Assembly: GCA_040390265.1 (NCBI GenBank)
Contig: JAZJYS010000003.1
Coordinates: 6,129-70,128, forward strand
Length of the DNA stretch: 64,000 bases
Source of the DNA: Pseudomonadota bacterium
GTDB lineage: Bacteria; Pseudomonadota; Gammaproteobacteria; Burkholderiales; Methylophilaceae
Direction: 5' to 3'
Shown here: piece after piece, positions 30,944 through 41,192 of the stretch
Layout of the letters: each line of letters begins with the position of its first letter
Numbering within the stretch: the stretch's first letter is position 1
Made by a program: the position numbers and the translations under genes
The notes under the pieces: generated by a model
The model's database searches: none
What the model saw: the letters and a program-made list of their open reading frames with translations, nothing else
What the model was told of the DNA's origin: nothing

Positions 30944-31847
30944 ACGCTTGTCTGGATTCTTTAGTGTTGTTTTTGGGGTATTGCTACTCACATTTTTGCT
31001 GGTGCATCTTGTGCCGGGCGATCCGGTAGAAGTGATGCTGGGTGAATCAGCTTCTACGGCGGATCGAACGCAGTTGCGAGCAGATTTAGGGTTGGACCAG
31101 CCTTTGATTCAGCAGTTTGGTGTCTATATAGCCAAGCTTGCAAAGGGTGATTTTGGACAATCCATTCATACCAAAACACCGATTATTGAGCTTATTAAAA
31201 CGCGCTATCCGGCAACTTTGAAGTTGGCAGGGTTGTCTTTGTTGATCGGGTTGAGCATAGGCTTACCTATGGGTGTTTATGCGGCACTGAAAGCCAATCA
31301 CTGGCAGGATTATGTGGTGACGATTGTGTCGGTGCGTTTGTCGGCTATGCCCGCTTTTTGGCTAGGCCCAATGTTGATGTTGATATTTGCCGTATGGTTA
31401 GGCTGGTTGCCGGTTAGCGGCATGGAGTCTAAGGCCTCGATTATTTTGCCTGCGATGACGTTAGGCTTTGGCTTAAGCGCCATACTCACACGCATGACCC
31501 GTACCAGTTTGCTTGAAGTGTTGAATGATGATTATATTCGCACTGCGCGAGCTAAAGGTTTAACTGAGTCTACGGTGATTTTACGTCATGCATTACGCCC
31601 GGCTTTGTTGCCGATTATCACGATTGTCGGCTTGCAAATGGGTAGCCTGTTGGCGGGCGCGGTAATCACTGAAACTATATTTAGTTGGGATGGCATCGGG
31701 CGCTTACTGGTTGAGAGCATTGAAAAGCGCGATTATCCGGTTACACAGGCTTGTGTGCTGGTGGTGGCGTTGAGTTATGTGTTGGTGAATAAGGCGACAG
31801 ATTTTGTGTATCGGCTTGCTGACCCCAGAGTGAAGTTTGCCAGTTAG
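30936..31847 (+). CDS. Peptide ABC transporter permease (DppB/NikB-like)
   Basis: PGDP, LGLDQPL, GDFG, YIRTARAKGL (EAA loop), ETIFSWDGIG and RDYP. Confidence 0.92.
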   Translation: MLRRLSGFFSVVFGVLLLTFLLVHLVPGDPVEVMLGESASTADRTQLRADLGLDQPLIQQFGVYIAKLAKGDFGQSIHTKTPIIELIKTRYPATLKLAGLSLLIGLSIGLPMGVYAALKANHWQDYVVTIVSVRLSAMPAFWLGPMLMLIFAVWLGWLPVSGMESKASIILPAMTLGFGLSAILTRMTRTSLLEVLNDDYIRTARAKGLTESTVILRHALRPALLPIITIVGLQMGSLLAGAVITETIFSWDGIGRLLVESIEKRDYPVTQACVLVVALSYVLVNKATDFVYRLADPRVKFAS

Positions 31848-31859
31848 TAGCAATAAGAT

Positions 31860-32654
31860 ATGATGAAAAAATTTGCACTGATTATTTTGGCATTTTGGAT
31901 TTGCGCGGTCTTGTTTGGGCGTCTATTGCAGCTAGATCCAAACTTGATTGATCTGAATGCGATTCTAAGTGCGCCTAATCTGCAACTTTTGCTAGGTGCA
32001 GATGACCTTGGTCGTAGCATTCTGGCGCGCCTGTTGCGCGGTGTCGAAGTTTCATTTTTAGTGGCGATTACCGTGACCACTGTCACCATGACGATTGGTG
32101 TGTTGATCGGTCTGATGGCTGGTTTTTATGGCGGTAAGGTTGATCGCCTGTTGATGCAGGTGACTGATGTTTTTCTGGCATTCCCCGGCATTTTGTTGGC
32201 GATAGCTTTTGCGGCAGTGTTAGGGCCGGGTTTGGGTAATTTGATGATAGCCCTATGCTTAACAGGTTGGGTGAGCTATGCGCGCCTGACGCGAGGTCAA
32301 ACATTAGGTTTGCGGAATCGGCAGCATGTGCTGGCGGCTGAGTCATTAGGTGCCAGTGTGCCGCGTTTGATTTTTAAGCATATATTGCCATTATTGATTT
32401 CGATTTTGGTGGTAGAAGCTACGTACAGTTTGGCGAGTGTGATGATTGCCGAAGCGAGCCTGTCTTTTTTAGGTTTGGGCATACAGGCGCCGAATGCTTC
32501 ATGGGGCGCCATGTTGCGTGATGCCGTGCGTTATATGCTGGTGGCGCCACATTATGTGTTGATTGTTGGATTAAGCTTGATGAGCTTGATTTTAGCGATT
32601 AACCTAGGCGGCGATTACCTGCGTGATGCGCTAGATGTTAAAAAAGACAGTTAG
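31860..32654 (+). CDS. Peptide ABC transporter permease (DppC-like)
   Basis: LGADDLGRS, AAESLGAS (EAA loop), EASLSFLGLG, SWG and GDYLRDALD. Confidence 0.92.
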   Translation: MMKKFALIILAFWICAVLFGRLLQLDPNLIDLNAILSAPNLQLLLGADDLGRSILARLLRGVEVSFLVAITVTTVTMTIGVLIGLMAGFYGGKVDRLLMQVTDVFLAFPGILLAIAFAAVLGPGLGNLMIALCLTGWVSYARLTRGQTLGLRNRQHVLAAESLGASVPRLIFKHILPLLISILVVEATYSLASVMIAEASLSFLGLGIQAPNASWGAMLRDAVRYMLVAPHYVLIVGLSLMSLILAINLGGDYLRDALDVKKDS

Positions 32655-32737
32655 ATTTGTATGCTGTAAGTTTCAAATACTGTAAGTTTTGAGCTCAAAA
32701 AGTTTTGAATACGACAAAAATGGTTAAAAGGTAAAGC

Positions 32738-33784
32738 ATGTCATTAGGTCCAATTATGTTAGATGTTGTCGGTACAGAACTTACTGCCGATGATATTCGC
32801 CGTTTACAACACCCATTGGTGGGTGGCGTTATTTTGTTTAAGCGTAACTATGAAAATAATGCGCAATTAAAGGCTCTGACAGCCAGTATCCATGCGGTTC
32901 GCCAGCCCCCATTATTGATTGCTGTCGATCATGAAGGTGGTCGTGTGCAGCGTTTTAGAGAAGGCTTTACCAAGATTCCACCGATGCGTGAGTTTGGCAA
33001 AATTTGGGATGCAAACCCGAAAAAAGCCAAAGAGTTGGCGACCGAGGCGGGCTGGATTTTAGCCGCAGAACTGCGTGCGCACGGCGTGGACTTTAGCTTT
33101 ACGCCAGTGCTGGATATGGATTACGGCGATAGCTTGGTGATTGGTGATCGCGCTTTTCATTTAGAGCCACGCGCAATTAATGATTTGGCCTTTGCCTTGA
33201 TGCAAGGCCTTAAAAAAGGCGGCATGGCAGCGGTAGGTAAGCATTTTCCGGGGCATGGTTTTGTGGTGGCAGATTCACACGTCAGCATGCCTGTGGATGA
33301 TCGTGAATTTGACCAGATTGCCCAGCATGATATGCAGCCGTTCAGAATGCTGATTGATGACGGCATTCAAGCGATTATGCCTGCGCATGTGATTTATCCT
33401 AAAGTGGATGACAAGCCTGCGGGCTTCTCATCACGCTGGCTGCAAAAAATATTACGCGAACGCTTGGGTTTTAATGGCGTGATTTTCAGCGACGATTTAA
33501 GTATGGAGGCAGCAACCGCCGGTGGTGATGTGACCACCCGTGCTTTGGCGGCCTTGACAGCGGGTTGCGATATGGTGTTGCTATGCAATCAGCCGGCAAT
33601 GGCTGATGAATTGCTGGCAAATCTCAAGTGGACAATTTCTGCACAGACTTTGAGCCGCCTAGCGCGCATGCATGGGCATAAACATCCACTAAGTTTGGAT
33701 AAGCTACACGAAAGCGCTGAGTTCGTACACGCTGTGCATCAAGTCGCACAAGTCGGTGTGGTAGAAGGTGAGTTGTTTGCTTAG
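32738..33784 (+). CDS. nagZ: Beta-N-acetylhexosaminidase (GH3)
   Basis: [27 protein letters not shown]...DSH, MPAH and SDDLSM; no signal peptide. Confidence 0.96.
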   Translation: MSLGPIMLDVVGTELTADDIRRLQHPLVGGVILFKRNYENNAQLKALTASIHAVRQPPLLIAVDHEGGRVQRFREGFTKIPPMREFGKIWDANPKKAKELATEAGWILAAELRAHGVDFSFTPVLDMDYGDSLVIGDRAFHLEPRAINDLAFALMQGLKKGGMAAVGKHFPGHGFVVADSHVSMPVDDREFDQIAQHDMQPFRMLIDDGIQAIMPAHVIYPKVDDKPAGFSSRWLQKILRERLGFNGVIFSDDLSMEAATAGGDVTTRALAALTAGCDMVLLCNQPAMADELLANLKWTISAQTLSRLARMHGHKHPLSLDKLHESAEFVHAVHQVAQVGVVEGELFA

Positions 33785-33820
33785 AGGTTTAGCGTTTATT
33801 TAATTTATAACAATTATTCA

Positions 33821-33849
33821 CTTGAAACTTATAGGCGTAATCGCTATCT
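33821..33849 (+). promoter_or_regulatory. Putative sigma32 (RpoH) promoter of yccA
   Basis: CTTGAAA-N14-CGCTATCT, compared with consensus CTTGAAA-N13-17-CCCCATNT. Confidence 0.45.
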
Positions 33850-33942
33850 TAATACCTGTAGTCTTTTTATCAGAATCACTGATAAGTACGACTAAGCGGT
33901 TAAAACATCCGCTAAGTCTTAACTAATTAAAAGGAAACATCA

Positions 33943-34632
33943 ATGTTTGACAACACCCCAGTACTAGGTCGTTCAGAATCAACGCAGCTAGTGACTAACA
34001 AAGTTTTGCGCAATACCTATGCGTTGCTTGGGCTTTCACTTATTCCAACAGTAATAGGTGCTTATTTTGGTTTGCAAATGGATTTTAGCTTTATCGCCTT
34101 GCATCCATTTATGTTCGGCATTGGTTATATCGCAGTGATGTTCGGAATGTTCAAATTAATTGAAGTTAACCAAAATAGCGGTGTGGGCGTTTGGTTGTTA
34201 TTAGGCGTTACATTTTTGTTCGGCTTAATGTTAGGGCCAATTTTGCAGCATGCTCTGCATTTGAGTAATGGCGGGCAAATCGTTGGTCTTGCAGCTGCTG
34301 GCACTGGCATTACATTCTTGAGCTTGGCGGCGATCGGCTCATCACCAGCACGCGATTTTAACTATCTAGGTAAATTTCTATTTATCGGATTGATTCTGGC
34401 GGTCATTGCTTCACTAGCGAATGCATTTTTGCAGATTCCGGTGATGTCTTTAGTGGTGTCAGGTATCTCAGTCATCATTTTCTCTGGCTATATTTTGTAT
34501 GACGTTAACCAGATTGTACGCGGTGGTCAAACCAACTACGTGATGGCGACATTAAGTCTGTATCTTGATATTTATAATATTTTTGTTAACTTGCTTAATA
34601 TTCTGATGTCATTGATGGGTAGCAGAGATTAA
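33943..34632 (+). CDS. yccA: Bax inhibitor-1/YccA family membrane protein
   Basis: NKVLRNTYALL, seven TM segments and GGQTNYVMATLSLYLDIYNIF. Confidence 0.9.
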   Translation: MFDNTPVLGRSESTQLVTNKVLRNTYALLGLSLIPTVIGAYFGLQMDFSFIALHPFMFGIGYIAVMFGMFKLIEVNQNSGVGVWLLLGVTFLFGLMLGPILQHALHLSNGGQIVGLAAAGTGITFLSLAAIGSSPARDFNYLGKFLFIGLILAVIASLANAFLQIPVMSLVVSGISVIIFSGYILYDVNQIVRGGQTNYVMATLSLYLDIYNIFVNLLNILMSLMGSRD

Positions 34633-34657
34633 TTAGCTAACAATATAGATTTTTCAT

Positions 34658-34686
34658 AAAAAACCCGCTATTTAGCGGGTTTTTTT
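34658..34686. terminator. Bidirectional intrinsic terminator (yccA / tadA)
   Basis: AAAAAACCCGCTA-TT-TAGCGGGTTTTTTT. Confidence 0.9.
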
Positions 34687-34724
34687 ATTGGCTATACACT
34701 GTGAGTAAGCATTACTTAGAATCG

Positions 34725-35237
<513 letters not shown>

Positions 35238-35241
35238 TTAA

Positions 35242-35697
35242 TTACTGCTGAGATTGTTTCTGACTCCAGCGAATCAGAACGTAAATCACGCCTAGCATAA
35301 ATGCCCCGCCGACCCACATGCCGACTTCTTCAAAAGTAGGTGAGGCATCTTGCACGGGCATGACAATGAGTTTGCGTAGAAATAACACCAACACAACTTC
35401 AACAAATGTTTCAACTACAGGCTTGCTACCTTGTAAATAGCGTATTTCTGCCGTAATAAGGGCAGAAACCGACCAAAGCAGCATCAGGGTTCCGAGTGCG
35501 TGTAAAAAGCCATGCACAAGATTATGTGCATACGCAGCCTCTTGTACGTCTTTAAAGAATAGCCAGGTGAACATGATGACCGAGGTGGCGAGTGCTAGGC
35601 CTATGATGATGTGTGCAAAACCATTGAGCAAAAGCATGGCTTTAATGGCCAATTTATTGAGCGAGGCAAATTCTTTTGGTAATTGATCTTGTGACAT
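35242..35697 (-). CDS. PsiE-like four-TM membrane protein
   Basis: Four hydrophobic helices and a V...LRKLI pattern typical of PsiE-like proteins. Confidence 0.6.
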   Translation of the reverse strand: MSQDQLPKEFASLNKLAIKAMLLLNGFAHIIIGLALATSVIMFTWLFFKDVQEAAYAHNLVHGFLHALGTLMLLWSVSALITAEIRYLQGSKPVVETFVEVVLVLFLRKLIVMPVQDASPTFEEVGMWVGGAFMLGVIYVLIRWSQKQSQQ

Positions 35698-35827
35698 GGC
35701 TTACCTTTGCAGTCGAAGGGGCAAGTTAAGTGTATCCGAAGCTAATATTATACGTATGGCTTTAAAAGAAGATTCAGTTTTATTCTCAAGTGCATGTTGT
35801 GTCGCTAATTTGTTGATTATTGCTAAA

Positions 35828-36733
35828 TCATGCCAATAAGCTATCAATAGACATTTTTTGTAATTCATTTAGTAGCCATTGCTGCGCTTTACCACCTTTG
35901 CTGCACCATGCCAGATAACTGATACCTTCAGGTTTTGGTTCGGCGACTAATTTAATGACTAACTCACCTGTCGCAACATGTTTTTCTGCCAGTTTTTTGG
36001 GTAAATAACCCACTCCTAGCCCTGCAATGTGCGCCTGAAGTTTTGCGTTCATAGTGGGTACGGTCAGCACATCTTGCCCGGTCAATATGCCCGATGTACG
36101 TGGTGCCAAGTTGCGAGAGCTATCTGCCGCCGAGATGGCGCGGTAGCGCAGAATGTCGGCATTCTGTAATGGTTCTGGCAGCTTGGCTAGCGGGTGATCT
36201 ACGGCAACTGCATAGTGAAATTCCAATGCACCAATAGGTTTTGTCATATAGCCGCCACCCGATGGCCCATCGCCAGGTGCGCCTATTGAAATATCGGCGC
36301 GACCTGAAATGAGAGCATCCCAACTGCCACCATAGACTTCGGTGGTGAGTTTGATGCGTGTGCCGAAACCTTGTGCATAAAATGCGTCTAATATGGGGTA
36401 AAGCGCCGTGATATTGAATAAGTCGCTAATGGCAATGGTCAGTTCGGTTTCTATGCCGTTAGCAACACGTTTTACGCGAGATTCAAGCTCGCTGGCCGCG
36501 CTAAGCAGGTTGCGCCCCTCGCGTAGAAGTTCGGCGCCGGCTTCGGTAAGCTCGGCACGATGACCGCTGCGATTAAATAGCGCGATGCCTAGGTCTTCTT
36601 CGAGTTTACGTACCGTATAAGTGATGGCGGAAGGTACGCGGAATAAAGACTCTGCCGCTGCGGCAAAGCTACCTTTTCGCGCAATGGCGTCCAAGACTTC
36701 AAGGGATTCTAAAGAAAGTTTTGTACTCATCAT
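35828..36733 (-). CDS. LysR-family regulator (YhaJ-like)
   Basis: LDAIARKGSFAAAAESLFRVPSAITYTVRKLEEDLG HTH; divergent from a pirin gene. Confidence 0.92.
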   Translation of the reverse strand: MMSTKLSLESLEVLDAIARKGSFAAAAESLFRVPSAITYTVRKLEEDLGIALFNRSGHRAELTEAGAELLREGRNLLSAASELESRVKRVANGIETELTIAISDLFNITALYPILDAFYAQGFGTRIKLTTEVYGGSWDALISGRADISIGAPGDGPSGGGYMTKPIGALEFHYAVAVDHPLAKLPEPLQNADILRYRAISAADSSRNLAPRTSGILTGQDVLTVPTMNAKLQAHIAGLGVGYLPKKLAEKHVATGELVIKLVAEPKPEGISYLAWCSKGGKAQQWLLNELQKMSIDSLLA

Positions 36734-36750
36734 AGTGAGTACATTCTACA

Positions 36751-36763
36751 TCAGATTTTTTGA
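36751..36763. promoter_or_regulatory. LysR-type T-N11-A box
   Basis: TCAGATTTTTTGA (TCA-N7-TGA) in the divergent promoter. A second TCA-N7-TGA lies at 36851-36863. Confidence 0.55.
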
Positions 36764-36883
36764 ATAAGCTGTGCAAAATTATTCGCTATTAGTCTGGAGC
36801 TAATCAGAATAACATTCTAGAATCAATTAATGTCAGCTGTAATGTTCAGTTCAATTAAATTGAATAAACAGGAGGTGGGTACT

Positions 36884-37624
36884 ATGAATACTAGCAACAA
36901 AAACATTAAAGTCAGAAAATCTGCCGATAGAGGTCATGCGAATCATGGCTGGTTAGATAGCTATCACTCATTTTCTTTTGCCAATTATTATGACCCAGCC
37001 TACATGGGCTACTCAGTGTTACGCGTCATTAATGAGGACATCGTTGCGCCAGCACAAGGCTTCGGCATGCACGGGCATCGTGATATGGAAATTGTCACGT
37101 ATATGTTGCAAGGCGCGTTGCGTCATCAAGATAGCATGGGCAATGGCTCGGTCATCCATGCAGGCGAAGTGCAGCGTATGTCCGCTGGCACAGGCGTGAA
37201 GCATAGTGAATTCAATGCTTCTAATGATGAGCCTGCGCACCTGTTGCAAATCTGGCTATTGCCTGAAAAAGAGGGTATTACACCGAGCTACGAAGAAAAA
37301 AGCTTTGATGCCGCGAGTAAAACCAATCAATGGCGTTTGCTTGCCTCGCGAGATGCGCGTGAAGGTTCGTTGCTGGTACATCAGGATTTGGCATTATTTG
37401 CAACGATATTAGAGGCAGGGCATCAGCTGGATTACAGTCCAGCGGTGGGGCGTAGTGTGTATGTGCATGTTGCGAGCGGTGATGTGACGCTCAATGGCAT
37501 CACCTTGACGCAAGGCGATGCTGTAGCGGTTGATAATGAAGCAACGATAGTAGTCATGTCACAAACAGAAGCTGAAATACTGTTGTTTGATTTACCGCCA
37601 GCTAAGAATTATTCAAACCAATAA
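36884..37624 (+). CDS. Pirin family protein (YhhW-like)
   Basis: RGHANHGWLDSYHSFSF, GFGMHGHRDMEI, HQDSMG and QRMSAGTGVKHSE. ATG at 36884 follows GGAGG. Confidence 0.93.
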   Translation: MNTSNKNIKVRKSADRGHANHGWLDSYHSFSFANYYDPAYMGYSVLRVINEDIVAPAQGFGMHGHRDMEIVTYMLQGALRHQDSMGNGSVIHAGEVQRMSAGTGVKHSEFNASNDEPAHLLQIWLLPEKEGITPSYEEKSFDAASKTNQWRLLASRDAREGSLLVHQDLALFATILEAGHQLDYSPAVGRSVYVHVASGDVTLNGITLTQGDAVAVDNEATIVVMSQTEAEILLFDLPPAKNYSNQ

Positions 37625-37668
37625 AGTAAGTCGTTAATTAATCAAATTAGATCATCGGAGAAAACAGT

Positions 37669-38232
37669 ATGACAAAAATAGCAGTTGTTTATCACAGTGG
37701 TTATGGCCATACAGCAGCGCAAGCCGCAGCTGTCGTTCGTGGTGCCAAAAAAGTAGCTGGTGCCGAAGTGGTATTGCTCACCTCAGAAGAAGCGCAAAAA
37801 TGGGAACTTTTGGCCGATGCTGATGCCATTATCTTTGGTAGCCCAACCTATATGGGCAGCGCTTCTGCGCAGTTCAAAGCGTTTATGGATGCGAGTTCTG
37901 GTGTTTGGTATGGCCGAGGATGGAAAGATAAAGTGGCCGCAGGTTTTACGACCTCTGCTAGCCAGAGTGGCGATAAGCTTAGTACGCTGGTTCAACTGGC
38001 AGTGTTCGCTGCGCAACATGGCATGATTTGGGTAGGGCAGGATTTATTGCCAGGCAATAACAGCAGCACAGGTTCAGTGAATGACCTGAATCGACTGGGT
38101 AGCTTTTTAGGAGCGATGGCACAAGCAAATAGTGACCAAGGTGCAGAAGTAGCACCGATTGAAAGTGACCTGCTGACTGCTGAGCATTTAGGTGAACGTG
38201 TAGCGACTGTTACTAAACGCCTACGTGGTTAA
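37669..38232 (+). CDS. Flavodoxin-fold WrbA-like NAD(P)H:quinone oxidoreductase
   Basis: YHSGYGHT, FGSPTYMG and SGDK. Confidence 0.88.
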   Translation: MTKIAVVYHSGYGHTAAQAAAVVRGAKKVAGAEVVLLTSEEAQKWELLADADAIIFGSPTYMGSASAQFKAFMDASSGVWYGRGWKDKVAAGFTTSASQSGDKLSTLVQLAVFAAQHGMIWVGQDLLPGNNSSTGSVNDLNRLGSFLGAMAQANSDQGAEVAPIESDLLTAEHLGERVATVTKRLRG

Positions 38233-38270
38233 TCGTATTAGAAAAATTAATAATATTAGGAAATTAAAGA

Positions 38271-38885
38271 ATGAAAATTAAAAACAACATCATTGCATTG
38301 AGTTTAATTACCGCTTCAAGCTTGGGTTTATCTAATGTGGCAGTGGCTGACCAAGAGGCTTATCGTATTGATAATTCACATAGTTTTGCTAACTGGACGA
38401 TTCGTCATGTAGCCTCTAAAACCTCAGGCACATTTAGCGATGTGACAGGTAAATTGATGCTGGATAAAGCCAATCTGGCAAATTCAAGCGTAGAGGCAAA
38501 AATCAATGTATTCAGTGTGAATACTAGCAATGCCAAACGTGACGAACACATTAAAAAAGACGAGTATCTGGATGCTGCCAAGTTCGGCGAAATGACGTTT
38601 GTTAGCACTAAAGTTGTGGCGAACAATGCCACAGAAGGTACACTGACTGGTAATTTCACTTTGCACGGTGTGACTAAAACCATTTCATTTCCATTCAAAG
38701 TGCTGGGCTTTGGTTTAGACCCTTGGGGCGGTTACCGCACAGGTATTGAAGCCCATACTTTGATTAAAGCTTCAGATTATGGCTACGGCTGGGCTAGCAA
38801 AGTTGGCGCGCCAGTGGGTGATGATATTGAAGTCACGCTTTTGATCGAAGGTGTAAAACTGCCTCCTGAAAAACCAATTAAATAA
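38271..38885 (+). CDS. YceI-family polyisoprenoid-binding periplasmic protein
   Basis: Signal peptide, YRID..HS, RDEH, LTGNFTLHGVTK and DPWG. Confidence 0.9.
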   Translation: MKIKNNIIALSLITASSLGLSNVAVADQEAYRIDNSHSFANWTIRHVASKTSGTFSDVTGKLMLDKANLANSSVEAKINVFSVNTSNAKRDEHIKKDEYLDAAKFGEMTFVSTKVVANNATEGTLTGNFTLHGVTKTISFPFKVLGFGLDPWGGYRTGIEAHTLIKASDYGYGWASKVGAPVGDDIEVTLLIEGVKLPPEKPIK

Positions 38886-38943
38886 ATGCGACAGGGTGAA
38901 TAACTCTGTACACTAACTTTTAATTTATTTGATGGAGAAACGC

Positions 38944-40017
38944 ATGGCAATCGATCTATTTAGCCCAGTGAATTTAGGCGCAATCAGCCTTAAAAACCGT
39001 ATGGTAATGGCACCGTTAACCCGCAACAGAGCGGGAGAGGGCGGCGTACCACAAGCGATGAACGTGACCTACTATGAGCAGCGCGCATCTGCAGGTTTAA
39101 TCATTACCGAAGCTACGCCGATTTCTGCAATGGCGCATGGTTACCCTGCACTGCCGGGCATCTACACCGACGCACAAGTTGCAGGTTGGAAACAAGTGGC
39201 CGATGCCGTGCATGCCAAAGGTGGCAAAATTGTGATTCAGTTATGGCATGTAGGCCGTATTTCGCACCCAAGTCTGCTGCCAAATAACGCACTGCCAGTG
39301 GCACCTTCTGCGATTAAACCGGCAGGACAAGCTTTCACTTATCAAGGCTTGGTCGATTACGTTGAACCACGTGCGCTGGATGTAAGCGAGTTGCCGGGCA
39401 TTGTTGCGGATTACGTACATGCTACGCAATGTGCGCTTGCCGCAGGATTTGACGGTGTAGAGATTCATGCCGCGAATGGTTATTTGCTAGATCAGTTCTT
39501 GCGCGATGGCAGCAACAAGCGCACAGACAATTATGGCGGCAGTATTGAAAACCGTATGCGTTTGTTGCTGGAGGTGACTAAAGCCGTTATCGCGGTTGCT
39601 GGGGCAGACAAAGTAGGCGTGCGTATTTCACCTGTCAACTCATTCAACGATATGTTTGATAGCAACCCTCAAGCCTTATTTAATGCGGTTGCTGAGGCAT
39701 TAAGTCCGTTTGGTCTGGCTTACTTGCATGCAGTAGAAGGCGCGATTCATAGTGAAGGCAATGCCGCCACGTTTGATTTTGTGGCGCTACGCAAGCACTT
39801 CAAAGGCGCGTATATCGCTAATTTAGGTTATGACAAGGCACGCGGCAACGCCGCTATTGCGAGTGGCAATACTGATGCTGTCGCTTATGGCGTACCGTTT
39901 TTAGCCAACCCAGATTTGGTTGAGCGTTATAAAGTTGATGCACCGCTAAATCAGGCCGATGCCAATACCTTTTACGGCGGTACAGAACAAGGTTATACGG
40001 ACTATCCGACGTTATAA
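38944..40017 (+). CDS. nemA: Old-yellow-enzyme alkene reductase (NemA-like)
   Basis: NRMVMAPLTRNR, QLWHVGRISH, GFDGVEIHAANGYLLDQFL and GYTDYP. Confidence 0.88.
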   Translation: MAIDLFSPVNLGAISLKNRMVMAPLTRNRAGEGGVPQAMNVTYYEQRASAGLIITEATPISAMAHGYPALPGIYTDAQVAGWKQVADAVHAKGGKIVIQLWHVGRISHPSLLPNNALPVAPSAIKPAGQAFTYQGLVDYVEPRALDVSELPGIVADYVHATQCALAAGFDGVEIHAANGYLLDQFLRDGSNKRTDNYGGSIENRMRLLLEVTKAVIAVAGADKVGVRISPVNSFNDMFDSNPQALFNAVAEALSPFGLAYLHAVEGAIHSEGNAATFDFVALRKHFKGAYIANLGYDKARGNAAIASGNTDAVAYGVPFLANPDLVERYKVDAPLNQADANTFYGGTEQGYTDYPTL

Positions 40018-40078
40018 GATCAGCGTTATAAGATTTTTTCCGTCATTTCTAAATGTGAGTTTTTAATAAGGATATCTC

Positions 40079-40678
40079 ATGCATAAACCAGCCATTACCC
40101 AAGTAGCCATTAACGACACGATTGCAAACCGTTGGAGCGGTCGTGCTTATGATGCAAGCCAAGCAGTCAGCCATGCACAAATCATCGCTTTGGTCGAAGC
40201 TGCACGCTGGGCGCCATCATGCTTTGGCGATCAACCTTGGCGTTTTATTGTGTGGGATAAAAATGCCGATACACAAGCATGGCAGCAAGCGTTTGATTGC
40301 TTGGCACCTAGTAATCAAACTTGGGTGAAAGATGCACCAGTACTGATGCTGGTGTGTGCCGACACCGTGTTCAACCATAACCAGCAGCCAAACCGCTGGG
40401 CGCAGTACGACTGTGGTGCCGCAGCAGAGAACCTATGCTTGCAAGCTAGCAGCATGGGGCTCATGGCACACCAGATGGGCGGCTTTAATGCTGAAGGTAT
40501 ACAAGCCGCTTTTGCGATTCCAGCGCAATACACACCAATGGCAATGCTCACTGTAGGTTATGCGGCAGAAGTCCCAAGTTTATCTGGTGATACGCTCACT
40601 CGTGAAACCGCAGCACGCAGCCGCCGACCACTCAATGAACTGTTTTTTGCCGGTGCTTGGGATAAACCGATTGTTTAG
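40079..40678 (+). CDS. Nitroreductase family protein
   Basis: RWSGRAY, EAARWAPS...QPWRF and HQMGGF. Confidence 0.9.
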   Translation: MHKPAITQVAINDTIANRWSGRAYDASQAVSHAQIIALVEAARWAPSCFGDQPWRFIVWDKNADTQAWQQAFDCLAPSNQTWVKDAPVLMLVCADTVFNHNQQPNRWAQYDCGAAAENLCLQASSMGLMAHQMGGFNAEGIQAAFAIPAQYTPMAMLTVGYAAEVPSLSGDTLTRETAARSRRPLNELFFAGAWDKPIV

Positions 40679-40784
40679 TAGCATAGGTTTTATACAGTTT
40701 CGTGACGCTAAACTTAACTAAACGTGCCACCTCTGCTAAACTTACGCGAGTTTTAAACTAATCAATTATTTTTAGGATGTAGCT

Positions 40785-41153
40785 ATGGCAGTTGTTGCAC
40801 TCAATAAAGCGAATTTTAAAGAAACAATCGAAAACAATAACTTTGTGATTGTGGACTTCTGGGCACCGTGGTGTGAGCCATGCGTAGATTTTACGCCTAC
40901 ATTTGAAGCGGCTGCGGCAGCAAACCCAGACATCGTATTCGGTATGGTCAACACTGAAACTGACCCAGACATTGGTACATACTTTGAAGTCAATCAGATT
41001 CCAGGTATTTTGGTGATTCGCGAGCAAGCTGGTATTCATGCACAAGTTGGCGAAATCGGTGCACCAGCGTTGGATGAAATTATCAAATGGGCACGTGATT
41101 TTGATATGACAGCGGTGCGTGAGTACTATAAGCAGGAAGCTAAAAAGAGCTAA
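40785..41153 (+). CDS. Thioredoxin family protein (WCEPC)
   Basis: VIVDFWAPWCEPC and the cis-Pro QIP. Confidence 0.88.
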   Translation: MAVVALNKANFKETIENNNFVIVDFWAPWCEPCVDFTPTFEAAAAANPDIVFGMVNTETDPDIGTYFEVNQIPGILVIREQAGIHAQVGEIGAPALDEIIKWARDFDMTAVREYYKQEAKKS

Positions 41154-41192
41154 CTCATCGCTAGTTAGTTTAGGTGGCGCAGAGTGACCACT

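Noticed and set aside
40010-40034. 11-nt direct repeat CGTTATAAGAT around the nemA stop; similar short duplications near 32666-32690 and 63040-63061
   Set aside because: Only two copies each, with no spacer array or mobile-element context; most likely slippage duplications, not CRISPR or att sites.
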